From the human T2T-CHM13v2.0 reference genome, Homo sapiens: a stretch of 64,000 nucleotides of DNA. Numbering within the stretch: position 1 is the stretch's first letter; each line of letters opens with the position of its first letter. The position numbers and the translations under genes are program-made. Below, one piece after another: positions 1-14,101 of this stretch. The notes beneath the pieces are model-generated. The model ran no database searches and was not told the DNA's origin. It was given only the letters and a program-made list of their open reading frames with translations. The stretch lies in assembly GCF_009914755.1 (NCBI RefSeq), contig NC_060926.1. One strand, given 5' to 3'.

Positions 1-54
1 AATTTTCTTAATGACCAACTGCTTCGAGTTCTAGAACCATTGGTGCTCTTCAGA

Positions 55-210
55 TGTATTTATTCATTCACTTTTCCATTCATTCATTCATCCATTCAAC
101 AAGTATCTATTGAGTGTTACTATGTCCCAAGGACCAAAAAAGGCAGGAGAGATACAGCAGTGAATAAAACACAATTAGTGCTGTCCTGATGGAGCTTGAG
201 TTCAAGCTGG
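55..210 (-). mobile_element. L2 3' end fragment
   Basis: (CATT)n tail followed by caacaagtatctattgagtg...gatacagcagtgaataaaac. Confidence 0.7.
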
Positions 211-477
211 TATGCAGGATGTTTTCCTCTGCAACAAATGGGCCCTGACTGCTGTGGTTTTAGTTGTTCTGTCTCCTCCCTCTGCTGTCAGCTGTCACCT
301 CTTGGTGGCACCCTATCTCTCCCTTTTTATCTGGGTTACAATTGCAGGTCTTTCCCCAAAGCATCTCTCTATGTCAATAATAGACCCTATCCTTGGATGG
401 AGCCTGAGCAGTTCCTACGCTTGCAGTGTATGTGCTGCTTCCGGCCCTTGCGAGGAGTTCTTTTATCCCTACTCTCA

Positions 478-627
478 GTGTTTGGAACAAACATCTTCCT
501 TTGCTCCCTTTCATCATTCATGCGCTTGTGTTTGGAACAAACATCTTCCTTTGCTCCCTTTCATCATTCATGCGCTTGTGTTTGGAACAAACATCTTCCT
601 TTGCTCCCTTTTGTCATTCAAGTGCTC
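478..627 (+). repeat. Minisatellite, 3 x 50 bp
   Basis: Unit gtgtttggaacaaacatcttcctttgctccctttcatcattcatgcgctt. Copies 1 and 2 are identical, copy 3 is diverged. Confidence 0.95.
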
Positions 628-1029
628 AGTTCTAATGATCTGATTCAATTCTTAGGCCCAATGGTCTCTGCACCATATATATGCAAATGGGACTCTTAGA
701 AAAGTGTCCATCACCAAGTGATATTACATTCTAATATTGCAGTATAAAACATGATCTTTCTCATCACTGTGGTAGCTTTTCCTGATAATTTTCTGAACTG
801 CCACCTAAATATAAAAAGGCAGGCACCAAAACTTTCAAAAGGAAAGGAAATCAATTTCCCTTTACTCCCGTGTTTTGCTCATTGCTAAAACTGCCTGGTA
901 GGAGTGCAGGGACACAAGCAGGAATTCTGAATTGCACTTAAGGAAATGGTAGTAACTAAGGTGATAAGGAATATCTAACACTCATTCATAGACTCATCAG
1001 ATGTTGGAGTTGAAAGGGGATCACTCTGT

Positions 1030-1250
1030 GCGGTAGTGAAGCATGGTGGTTAAGAACTCCAGTTCTGGGACCAGATTGTCATACGTCTTACAATTGTTTG
1101 ACCTTGGCCTGGCATCTCCATGCTTCAATTTATTCATCTGTAAAATAGTATGTTTTTCACAGGATTGTGAGGATTAAATGAATTAATGCAGGTAAAACGC
1201 TTGGTAGTGTGTCTGGCACACAGCAAGCACTTAGTGTTAGCTATTATTAT
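1030..1250 (+). mobile_element. MIR
   Basis: gtggttaaga...catctgtaaaat...gattgtgaggattaaatga...tggcacacagcaagcactt. Confidence 0.8.
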
Positions 1251-1629
1251 CCCAATCTCGTCACATATTTTTACAGATGGAAATACAGCCCTAAGCTTTT
1301 AACTGAACAGCAAGTTAGAGGTAAAACTGATGCCAAAACCGGGTGTCCTGATTCTCACCATATTATAGACTTTTTTTTCCCTGATATCGTGCTTTCTTAA
1401 TAAATGGGAAGAAATACTGAATCATGTACATGATTATAAAATGACTACTCAGTTATACAAAAGTCCTTCTTCCCCTCTAAAACAGAAATATAAAAATACA
1501 CCTTTGCCCAGTGCTAGTCCTCCAGCTCCCAATGGGCAGGATTAATTCTCTAGAGGCATGTGACAGAGCTCAGGAGGCCAGGAGAAGTTTAACTGTATGC
1601 ACTAATAAGGAAACCATTTTCTTCCTTAC

Positions 1630-1680
1630 CTTAAACTTGTCAACTTCAGCTTTTGAACATGTTGCATGGTATGATAGCAC
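1630..1680 (-). CDS. PDE11A: PDE11A coding exon (51 nt, phase 0 to 0): VLSYHATCSKAEVDKFK
   Basis: ttttttttcttctgaatcag|GTGCTATCA...TTTAAG|gtaagg. Continues SVALD-VLSYHA, the GAF-B-to-catalytic linker typical of the PDE5/PDE11 family. Confidence 0.96.
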
Positions 1681-1912
1681 CTGATTCAGAAGAAAAAAAA
1701 ATAATTTTAATAACTAGACATGACTGTATTTTCTGAAATTCTCCTGGCTTAAAAATAAGCTTTGCTTATGTATATCACCTTGATTTAAAGGTGGACTTTA
1801 ATGTATGACAAGAAACAACATGTCTAATAACATTCTCTGACATAATTCACATATTAAAGAATATTTTATACCGGGATTTTTCTATGGGTAGTTATGTCAT
1901 CAAAAGGACAAT

Positions 1913-2214
1913 GGCCAGGTGCAGTGCTTCGCGCCTGTAATCCCAGCATTTGGGAGGGCAAGATGGGCAGATCACTTGAGCCCAGGAATTTGAGACCAGC
2001 CTGGGCAACATGGCGAAACCTTGTCTCTACAAAAAATTCAAAAACTAGCTGGGCATGGTGGTGTGTGTCTGTAGTCCCAGCTATTCAGGGAGGCTGAGAT
2101 GGGAGGATCACCTGAGCCCAGGAGGTCGAGGCTGCAGTGAGCTGAGATCATGCCACTGCACTCCAGCCTGGGCGACAGAGTAAGACCCTATCAAAAAAAA
2201 AAAAAAAAAAAAAA
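1913..2214 (+). mobile_element. Alu (AluJ-like)
   Basis: Dimeric Alu with J-type cttgagcccagga and an A22 tail. Confidence 0.93.
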
Positions 2215-2327
2215 GGCATGCTGTGGCTCAAAACTGTAGTTCCCAAAGGATGTGAATACTTGTCCTGTGAAATGCTCTACAAGCAAATGAAAAGCTAGAG
2301 CATGTGTGTGCGATCTGTAGCAAACAC

Positions 2328-2730
2328 TGTAGGTTGATGACTCAACTTCCATTTCCTCACCTATTCTCATTTGCCTGCTTTTATTATATTAGGAAAGATT
2401 ATATTGATATATATCTGTGACCCCTTTTGTAAGAGGATTGTGCTTCCCTGCCCTATTGACATCAGCATTGGCATATGACTTCTTTTGGTCAATGGGAAAA
2501 GTAACAAATGCCCTTTTGAGTGTGTCTTCAACAGCAATCACATAGTTCTGCCACCTCCTTTTTCCCTCCACCAAGGGAAGGGCATGGCCTGAGAGGGGCC
2601 GATCCTTCAGTCTGAGCCCCCAAATAAAGAAGATATATTGAGTAGAACTGCAGCCAACCTGCAGCTGATGACATGTCATTTGAGTGAGAATCAACTTTTG
2701 CAATTTATCTACATCATAACTCACTGACAC
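2328..2730 (+). mobile_element. MaLR LTR (MLT1I/J-like)
   Basis: ggcatatgacttcttttggtcaatg...cttcagtctgagccccc...gcagccaacctgcag resembles old MLT1 consensus. Confidence 0.55.
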
Positions 2731-3130
2731 AGAGGCTTAAAAGTTAAAAACCCCAATTCGCAGGCTCCCTGCAGCTGGGGTGGTCCTATAGGGTGGCCTT
2801 TATGACACGGCCTTGGTCAATGAATTATAAGTGGGAGTGTCGGCGCTGCTTCTTTCTTTTTTCTTCCTTCATGGAATACAGCTGTAAAGCCTGGAGGTGC
2901 AGCAAAATCTGGTGTGTATGAGGTGACAAGCATGGCAGTGAATGCCAGCTTGCTGTGAACAGAACAGAAAGGGAAAGAGAAAGGACCCTGGGCTCCCCTG
3001 CCCCAGAATTCTTGTTGTGTGAGACAAATAAATGCACATTGGTGGCATTTTATAAGGCATATTTACAGACATATACACACTCACACATAAATAGCATATG
3101 TATGTTATATGTTTTATGCTGCCAGACACA

Positions 3131-3508
<378 letters not shown>

Positions 3509-3724
3509 TAGAGAATCACAGTGCATATTTGGCTGCAAAAAGTAAAGTAACATGCTTTATTTCATTAAACTTAGTATTTCCCAAATTTAATTAGCCACAG
3601 AACTCCCTTTTAGGTAACATTAAACTGGTAACATTCAACCTAATAACCTATTGACCAAGAACTTTGAGAAGCACTGACCTATGGCACATACCATTTGTGT
3701 GATACAAGCAAAGCCACAATGGAA

Positions 3725-3857
3725 GCAGTGTCTCAGGGTGGTTAGAACACAGCCTTCAGAGTCAGGCTGCCACGCCTCCACTTCCGAGCCCTGGGAGCTT
3801 GGGCAAGTGGTTTAATCTCTTTGGGTCTCATTTATAAGGTGGTATAACATAATACTA
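3725..3857 (+). mobile_element. MIR 5' part (appears to resume at ~4610-4680)
   Basis: gtggttaga...gagtcagg...ttgggcaagtggtttaatctct. The downstream piece reads gaagattaaatg...tggcacacaaatag. Confidence 0.6.
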
Positions 3858-3858
3858 C

Positions 3859-4609
<751 letters not shown>

Positions 4610-4943
4610 CTTTACAGAGTTCTTAGGAAGATTAAATGCAATACTACATGTAAAATAATGTGGCACACAAATAGCCAACTTATAGGTATTGTATTAATAT
4701 TCAATTAAAATTCTACCAAATAAATATTTGGCTGGATATTATGTTATGTCATTATCTTATCTTAAAATATCAATAGGTATTTCAGTGCACAGATGAATTG
4801 ATTTTGCTCTTTTGTTTCAGTTTTACTGTGGTAAAATTTAATTTGGCTGTCATTTTATTAGAATTTCTTACTGTTTTCAAGTCTATTTCTGCAGATTCAC
4901 TCTTCAAACTTTACCTTTAAAAAATAACCCACAAAAACTCAAG

Positions 4944-4977
4944 CTGCAATTCAAAATCTATGCCACCAGGTGGTGCT
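4944..4977 (+). promoter_or_regulatory. Candidate CTCF site with upstream (U) motif
   Basis: Core tgCCACCAGGTGGTGCt preceded by cTGCAATTC at typical spacing. Motif match only. Confidence 0.5.
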
Positions 4978-5099
4978 TAGTTAGGTTTGTTTAAATCAAC
5001 TCTTCCCACTTCCTTTATTTAAAAAAAAAAAAAAAAGCTATTTACTCCACTAAATTGAAACAATTTGAAACAGTGAAGCAGACAATTATTACAGATTAA

Positions 5100-5745
<646 letters not shown>

Positions 5746-6559
5746 AATAAGACCTTAACGAAATAAATACATGCTTTGGTTACTTTTTCATGATTCTTAA
5801 ATTTCATGGGCCACATCTTAGAGCCAAAGCTTTTTTGGATTGTATCCTGAGATTTTAAGCCTCTACTGGCTAATCTATTAAGTACATAGGAATTTATTTA
5901 TTCTACCTAATTAGACAAAGTTAATGATAAGGAAGCTTCTGGTTTACCTTCTGAATCTTCTTGTTTCTGAGAGTTCCTGTTTGTAGGACTCCAAGAACCA
6001 GTAGAGGGGGGAGAGAAATGGTCTAGCTAAAGAATCTTTCAACTACCTTCTCCCAGAAGAGTACAATCCATGTTGGTGAGCAGGGAGGAATCATCGGCTA
6101 ATAGGAGTACATTGTTCTGAAGGACTGGGCCCTATTGCTAAACCACAGTCCAGGAAGATGGTAGCATTGTTCCCTCTAAGAATCCGTAGAAAAACCAACA
6201 AGCCAGAGGAGTGGATTCCTTAAGATAAGAGACCCTTAAATCTTGCTTAAGAACTCTGATTTTCTTCTTTAAGCAGTTCCTTCTGTTTGGTCCCATAGGA
6301 TTTTCTGGGATGCATTCAGAAAGATGGTGGTGCTTCAGTTTACCCTCAGTGTTTGCAGGTTTTACACACAGGGCACAGCGAGAACCCAGTAATATCTGTA
6401 CCTCTTTCATGTATTGTATCAATTTAGCCATCATGCGATTCTGACTGGATGTAAATACACAACCAAGCTAAGTTTCTGCTTAGCTCCCAGCTTCTTGTTG
6501 AAAAGCCTGTGACCAAATGTATTTGCCTTGCTAATTTTAACAAGCATCTACACATGCTA

Positions 6560-8320
6560 TTGTGGTCACATAGGACTTTTCCCCATCACCTATGGTCACT
6601 GGCCATATCCCATTTACTCCTCAATATGCCTCAGTTTTGGTTCTGCCCCCACCTCTCCACTGGAACAGCTCGTGTCAAGGCTTTCAATTTCTTGCCAACA
6701 AATCCATTGATGAATCTGCAATTGCCTTTTGCAGCAGTATTAAACTTGGGAGAGCACTCACTCCTATTTTGAAAAGTCTCCTTTCTGGGCTTCCATGACA
6801 CCACATTATTTTGGTTTTCATCCTATTTCTTTGGCTGCTCTTTATGTTTTCTTTTTTGGCCCCTCATCCTCTACCTTAACTGTAAATGTGGAAGCTTCTA
6901 GGCTCAGTCTCTTCTTCAGTGATGCCATACACTCTCATGGCTTTATACACCATCGTTGTGTTGATAACTTTCAAATCTCTTTGAGTTTTGCACTCACATA
7001 TTCGTCTGCCTACATTACTAACTTCCAACTTGGTCAATTCACTGGCTTTTCAAATTTAACACGTCTAAATAAACATGAAGATTTTCCCATATGTGATAGA
7101 CAGAATAATGCTCCCCCACAAGATGTCCATGTCCTAATCACTGGAATCTGTGTATATGATATGTCACAAGGAGGAACTGAGGTTGCAGATGGAATTAAGA
7201 TTGCTAATCTTGTCACCTTGAGATGGATTATCTTGGATTATCTGGCTTTGCTTCATGTAATCACAGGGGTCCTTATAAGTGAAAGAAGGAGGCAGGAGAA
7301 TGAGAGTGATGCAATGTAAGAAAGACTTGACTAGCCATTGCTAACTTTGAAATGGAAGGGGCCACGAGCACAGAATGCGGGTAGGTTTTCTGTGGAAAAG
7401 GCAAGGAAATGGATTGTCCCCTAGAGTCTCCAGAAGAATGTAGCCTTACATACATCTTGAATTTTGCCCAGTAAGACCCATTTCAGACATCTGACCTGAG
7501 GATTGTAAGATAATAAGTATGTGTTGTTTTAATCCACTAAGATCGTGGTAATTCGTTACAGCAGCCACAGGAAACTAATATACCACACAAACCCATTTCT
7601 CTCTCAGTCTTCCCCAGCTCTGTAAGTGCCACTCCATCCAATCAATTAGTATCAATTGGATACTAATCCAGTCTCCTTGGTACACATCAGCCAGAGTGAT
7701 CTTTAAAAAGTAGAAATCAAATCATGCCATCTCCCAGCTGAAAAGTCATCAGTGGCTTCCCACTGCACTTTTGCTGTATTTCCTTCAATGGCATCCACAG
7801 ATTGGTCACAGATCTCAGGTTCATGAGGTTAGGTCCAAAGCCTGGATCGTGACTGGACAGGTCCTGCACCATCTGACTGTTGGCACGTTCTCAAACTAAA
7901 CTTCGTGCTGCCTGTGCTCTGTCTTCTACACACTTGGCCACACTCATTTTTGTTCATTTTTGTTCATTTATACACCAAGCGCTTTTCTACCTCAGAGCTT
8001 CCCTGTCCTCATCACCTCATTGGTATCATCTTCTGAAACTAAGTTAAATGTCACCCCTTCAGTGACTTATTCCCTGACCACCATGAGAAATCAGCCTCTG
8101 TTAACTCCATTATTCTCTGAGTTAAGTGGCTGTTTCCTTCATGCCACTTGCACAATTGGAGTTGCCTGTTATCTTATTCATCACCTGCCTCCCCTACTAG
8201 ACTGTAAGCACTTTGAAGGCAAGGATTGGTCTAGTTTTGGTCATGAAGGTATATCCTATCCCTGGGAGTATGGTTGATACTTAGTTGGCACTTAGTAAAT
8301 ATTTAATGAATCAAGGAATA
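6560..8320 (+). mobile_element. L2 (RT region to 3' end), split by MLT1D
   Basis: ctccactggaacagctcgtgtcaagg...ggcttccatgacaccaca. Tail tagactgtaagc...gtaaatatttaatgaat. Confidence 0.8.
7092..7582 (+). mobile_element. MLT1D-like MaLR solo LTR
   Basis: tgtgatagacagaataatg...agatgtccatgtcctaatc...gcagccacaggaaactaata. Confidence 0.85.
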
Positions 8321-8457
8321 AAAAATAAAACCATTTTAAAACAGTATCTCCATTACCCATATGTCTCACTGTTTGTATTATTAATGGCCTGAATTAGTGT
8401 ATTTTTTTCAATGAAATCATGATATGCCTTATATATGAGCATAAAGTAAGCAGTGTA

Positions 8458-8631
8458 GGTAGGATCACCAGTTTTAGCAAATAAAAATAGAGGACACCCA
8501 CAGTTAAACTTGAATTTCAGATCAGCAATAAATATTTTCACTATTTGTGTCATATGCATACTTAAAATTGATTTATGGTTTATCTGAAATTCAAATGTAC
8601 TTAAGTGTCCTGTATTTTATCTGGCAACCCT
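8458..8631. mobile_element. MER53 palindromic hAT MITE
   Basis: aggacacc..gttaaacttgaatttcagat ... atctgaaattcaaat...gtcctgtattttatctggcaaccct. Confidence 0.8.
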
Positions 8632-8811
8632 CCTTCTACATGCTCCAAATTAAGAAGGCTAGAAACAAATCCGGAAAACGCTAAGCTACATGCCAAAATA
8701 CTGTTTCTCCTTTCACCCCCACCTCACAACATCTCCCAATGACATTTCTTCCAAAATATTTTATCTGCTAAGCTTACCAAATGCCTCAAGTCTGAAATAT
8801 TTTCAGCAATG

Positions 8812-9596
8812 CTACTATTATGAGGGGAATTGTGCCCCCCAATCCCCACCAATTCATTTATTGAATTTCTAATTCCCAGGACATCAGAATATGACTGTAT
8901 TTGGAGACAGGGCCTTTGAAGAGGTACTTAAGGTAAAATGAGGTCATGTGGGATGTGGGTGTGTCCTAATCCAATATGACTGGGGTCCTTACAAGAAGAG
9001 GAGTTCGGAATATGAATAACAGAAATAGAAGACCAGGTGAGGACACAGAGAGAAGGTGGCCATCTGCAAGCCAGAAAGATAGCCGTCACCAGAACCTGAA
9101 CATGTTGGCATCCTGACATGGTTTGGCTGTGTCCCCAACCAAATCTCATCTTGGATTGTAGTTCCCATAATGTCTATATGTCATGGTAGGAACCTGGTGG
9201 GAGGTAACTGAAGCATGGGGGGGCAGTTACCCTCATGCTGTTCTCATGATAGTGAGTCCTCATGAGATCTGATGGTTTTATAAGTGGCTTTTCCCCCTTT
9301 TGCTCGGCACTTCTCCTTCCTGTACCATGTGAAGGACATGTTTGCTTCCCTTCTGCTGATTGTAAGTTTCCTGAGGCCTCCCCAGCCATGCTGAACTGTG
9401 AGTCAATTAAACCTCTTTCCTTTATAAATTACCCAGTCTTGGGTATGCCTTTATTAGCAGAGTAAGAAGGAACTGATACACACCCTGATTGTGAACTTCT
9501 AGCCTCCAGAACTGTAAGAAAATAAATATTTGTTGTTTAAGTGACCCAGTCTGTGGTATTTTGTTATGTTATGGCAGCCCAAGCAAGTTTATACAG
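8812..9596 (+). mobile_element. MLT1A/B-like solo LTR split by THE1
   Basis: gaatatgactgtatttggagacagggccttt...ctagcctccagaactgtaag...atggcagccc. Confidence 0.85.
9114..9480 (+). mobile_element. THE1 (THE1C/D-like) solo LTR
   Basis: tgacatggtttggctgtgtcccc...gagtcaattaaacctctttcc...ctgataca. 5-bp TSD catcc/caccc. Confidence 0.9.
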
Positions 9597-11320
9597 TCAC
9601 ATAACCTCATTAACCTAAGACCTGTCACAAATCTATGGAGGCCATTGAAGGAAATATAAAAAAAGTAATTCTTAATTACTTTTAGCATAGTCAATCTTCA
9701 AGAGAATCGTTACTGTTTTATATACATAAATAATATTATATGGCTCAGATAATGACTAAAAATCAGGCAAATTTCTATAGTTGAGAATAAATCTTAACAA
9801 ATTGCAGAATCATATTATTTAAAAGTACTATTGCCCTACCTTCCTGGATAAGTTAGTTTCCTCCACAATTCCAAACTATATATTTCATAGCAAGTATCTA
9901 GGTTCATCATACATTTTTGAATAATAATACCTTTGATCAAGTAAAAATGCTTTAATTGAATGCATTATAATAGTTTTGAAGAAAGAGGCATTTGTAAGAC
10001 ATGGTTTTATAAATATACTATCATACTCTATGAGAAACAGGTTATGAGAGTATTACTATAACGTACATATCAGTTAATTTTTTCGACAGCTAAATAAAAT
10101 TTGTGTAAAGCATACATACAAAAGTAAACAGTTAATCCACAGAACACTTGATGAGCATTAAACTTTCACAAGAAAATTTCTGATAGATGGATTTATCTTT
10201 TGTGTTGGTATTAATTGAGCAAATATTTTTGACTCAGTTTTGTTGGTGAGCTCTGACTTAAGAAATTTTTATAGTTTCTAAAATAAATCACTATTTGCAA
10301 AACCATACCAACTTTAATTAACTTTTGGATTGAACTTGCTTCCAGCAAAACAACAACAAAAAAGCAGATAAGGCAATTATCGGACCCATGAAAGAGAGAG
10401 GAAAGAAGTCACGTTTTTGTGTTGCATTTACACAGCAAGAAAAGACAATTAACTATATTTCAAAAGAAAAACAATGGGCAGAGCTATGAGATAGGACCAC
10501 TGGATCAAGCCTTGCCATTCTCTACATGCAGTTCAGGACCAGAACCAAATGCTTGTCTTGCAGCCCCCAGAACTGTCCCTGAGTAGCTGGAAGACAGACC
10601 TCTTGCACCAATTGTCTTGAATGTTAATTTGTTGTGGATTTGGGCAGCCATTTGCTCCTGAAATGAGATATGGACCATTATACCAGCAGAGAGGAACACA
10701 AATGTAAAGAAGCACTTAAGAGCGAGGAGGAACAAAGACCCCACTGAGGATCCAGACTGAGTGTCTCAGGCACAAAAGGGCTGCATGAATACGTTTATTG
10801 CTCTGCTGGCAAAGTGGCACTTGGTAAAGGCTGGATGGCCGACTTAAGCTAAGCTGATCTGAAGTAAAATCCCAAATAATTTATATTGATGAGCTCCAAA
10901 GAAATAAAGAAGCTTTGCTCTCAGCAGTAGTCCTTAAACTAAGAAAGATGACAAACCACAAGGAATGAAAAGCCAATTTACTTGGAATAACCCGACAGAA
11001 GTGTCATCTAACTATATGAAGAACCATACTCCAGGATTTCTTAACAAGATGATGACAGTATTCAAAGACATGGCAACTGAACAGACGCGTTGAAACTGAG
11101 AAATCATCAGTTTTTATTGTCAAGTATTTAAGACACTGCTGTATAATAGAATGAAATGTTCAAAAGGTACTTCAGATAACTGTGTCTGCTGTGTGATCTG
11201 TTATCATGACCTTCAGAATCGATCATAAAAAATATTTTTAAAAAATCTAAGAAAGATTCATTTTTTAAAATTGAAAGTAGAATAAAAGATACCTGCCAAA
11301 CATGGGGTAATAATAAAATA

Positions 11321-13752
11321 CAGGCATACCTCAGAGATATTGAGAGTTTGGTTCCAGACGACCTCAATAAAGTGAATGTAGCATTAAAGTGAGTTACATA
11401 CGTTTTTTGGTTTCCCAGTGCATATAAAAGTTATGTTTATACTATGCTATAGCCTATTAAGTGTGTAATAGCATATCTAAAAAACAATGCACATACCTTA
11501 ATTTAAAAATACATTATTGCTAGAAATGCTAATGATCATCTGAGCCTTCAGCAAGTCGTAATATTTTTGCTGGTGGAGGGTCTTGCTTGAATGTTGAGGG
11601 CTGCTGGTAGATCAGTGCGGTGGTTGCTGAAGCTATGGCAATTTCATAAAATAAGACAATGAGGTTTGCACATGAATTAACTCTTCCTTTCATGAAATAT
11701 TTCTCTGTAGCATACAATGCTGCTTGATAGCATTTTACCCACGGTAGAACTTCTTTCAGAATTGGAGTCAGTCCTCTCAATTCCTGCCACTGTTTTGTCA
11801 ACTAAATTTGTGTAATATTCTAAATATTTTGTTTTCATTTCAATAATGTTCACAGCATCTTCACCAAGTGTATATTTCATCTCAGGAAACCACTTTCTTT
11901 GTTCATTTATGAGAAGCAACTCCTCATCTGTTCAAGTTTTACCATGAGACTGCAACAATTAAGTCACATATTCAGGCTCCACTTGTAATTCTAGTTCTCT
12001 TGCTATTTCCACCACATCTGCAGTTACTTCCTCCACTGAAGTCTTAAACCCTTCAAATTCAGACATGAGGGTTAGAGTCAACTTCTTCCAAACTCCGGTT
12101 AATGTTGATATTTTGACCTCCTCCAGAGAATCATAAATGTTCTTAATGGCATTTAGAATGGTGAACCCTTTCTAGAAGGTTTTCAATTTATTTTAGCCAG
12201 ATCCATTGTTGGAATCACTATCTATGGCAGCTACAGCCTTACAAAATGTATTTCTTAAATAATAAGACTTGAAAGTAGAAATTACTCTTGATCTATGGGC
12301 TGCAGAATGAATGCTGTATTAGCAGGCATGAAAACAACATTAATATCCTTGTACAGCTCCACCGGAGTGTTTGGGTGACTAGGTGCATTGTCAATTAGCA
12401 GTTATATTTTGAAAGGAATCTTTTTGTCTGAGCAGTAAGTCTCAATGGGAGGCCTAAAACATTTAGCAAACCATGCTGTTTACTGATGTGTTGTCATCAA
12501 GACTTTGCTGTTCCATTTATAGTGTACAAGCAGAGTAGATTTAGCATAATTCTTTTATTTTTTATTTTTTAGACAGGGAATCTCACTCTGTCACCCAAAC
12601 TGGTCTTGAAATCCTGACCTCAAGTGATCCTCCCGCCTCAGCCTCCCAAGTAGCTGGGACTACAGGTGTACACCACCACTTCTGGCTTGATTTAGCATAA
12701 TTCTTAAGGGCCCGAGGATTTTCAAAATGGTAAATAAGCACTGGCTTCAATTTAAAATCACCAGCAACTTACCATAGCCCCTAACAAGAGAGTCAGCCTG
12801 TGCTTTGAAGACATTGACTTCTCCTCTCTAGTTATGAAATTCCTAGATGGCATCTTCTTCCAGTAGAAAGCTGTTTTGTCTGCATTGAAAATCTGTTGTC
12901 TACTGTAACAACCTTTATCAATGATCTTAGCTAGATGTTCTGGATAACTTTCTACAGCTTCTACATCAGCACTTGCTGCTTCATCTCACACTTTTATGTT
13001 TTGGAGATGGCTTCTTCCCTTAAAGTTCATGAATCTCTGCTAGCTTCAAACTTTTCTTCTGCAACTTCCTCACCTCTCTCAGTCTTCATAGATTTGAAGA
13101 GAATTAGGGCCTTGATCTGGATTAGGCTTTGGCTTAAGAGAATGTTGTGGCTCATTTGATCTTTTCTTCAGACCACTAAAACTTTCTCCATATCAGCAAA
13201 AAGGCTGTTTCACTTTCTTATTATTCATATGTTCACTGGAACAGCATTTTTAATTTCCTTCAAAAACTTTTCCTTTGCATTTACAACTTGGTTGTTTGGC
13301 ATAAGAGGCCTAGCTTTCAGCCTATCTCACCTTTTGACATGCCTTTCTCACTAAGCTTAATCATGCCTAGCTTATGATTAAAAGTGATAGATGTGCAACT
13401 CTTCCTTTCACTGGAACACTTAGAGGTCATTGTAGGGTTATTACTTGGCCTAATTTCCATATTGATGTGTCTTGGAAAACAGAGAGGCCCAAGGAAAGGG
13501 AGAGAGATGGGGAAGAGCTGGTCAGCAGAGCAGTCAGAACACAAAACATTTATCAATTAAGTTTACCGCCTTATATGGGCACAGTTCATAGTGCCCCAAA
13601 GGATTACAATAGTAACATTAAAAATCACTGATCACAGATAATTGTAACAGATATAATAAGACGTATAAAATGTTGTAAGAATTACCAAAATGTGACACAA
13701 AAACACAAAGTAAACACACACTGCTGCAAAAATGGTGCCAATAGAGTTTGCG
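11321..13752 (-). mobile_element. Tigger1 DNA transposon, near full length, degenerate transposase, one terminus missing
   Basis: TA|caggcatacctcagagatattg terminal repeat. Transposase-like fragments appear in minus-strand ORFs (for example 11677-11919 and 13317-13556). Confidence 0.92.
12555..12688 (-). mobile_element. Free Alu monomer (FLAM_A-like) inside Tigger1
   Basis: Single monomer plus tail. Perfect 17-bp TSD gatttagcataattctt at 12538-12554 and 12689-12705. Confidence 0.85.
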
Positions 13753-13783
13753 GTCAATTTGAGACCTTGCCCATCTTGGCTGA

Positions 13784-14101
<318 letters not shown>

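Noticed and set aside
478-627. CRISPR-like array
   Set aside because: Head-to-tail repeats without unique spacers, in a mammalian context.
196-699. 167-aa and 143-aa overlapping ORFs
   Set aside because: Their length comes from the stop-poor 50-bp tandem repeat. They are antisense to PDE11A with no recognisable protein.
6138-6434. 98-aa minus-strand ORF as an extra PDE11A exon
   Set aside because: No PDE similarity, and the PDE11A protein is already continuous from 49433 to 1680. It may be an unrecognised old repeat.
10380-11150. mRNA-like unique stretch, possible processed pseudogene
   Set aside because: No recognisable translation, polyA tail or TSD. BLAST would be needed to decide.
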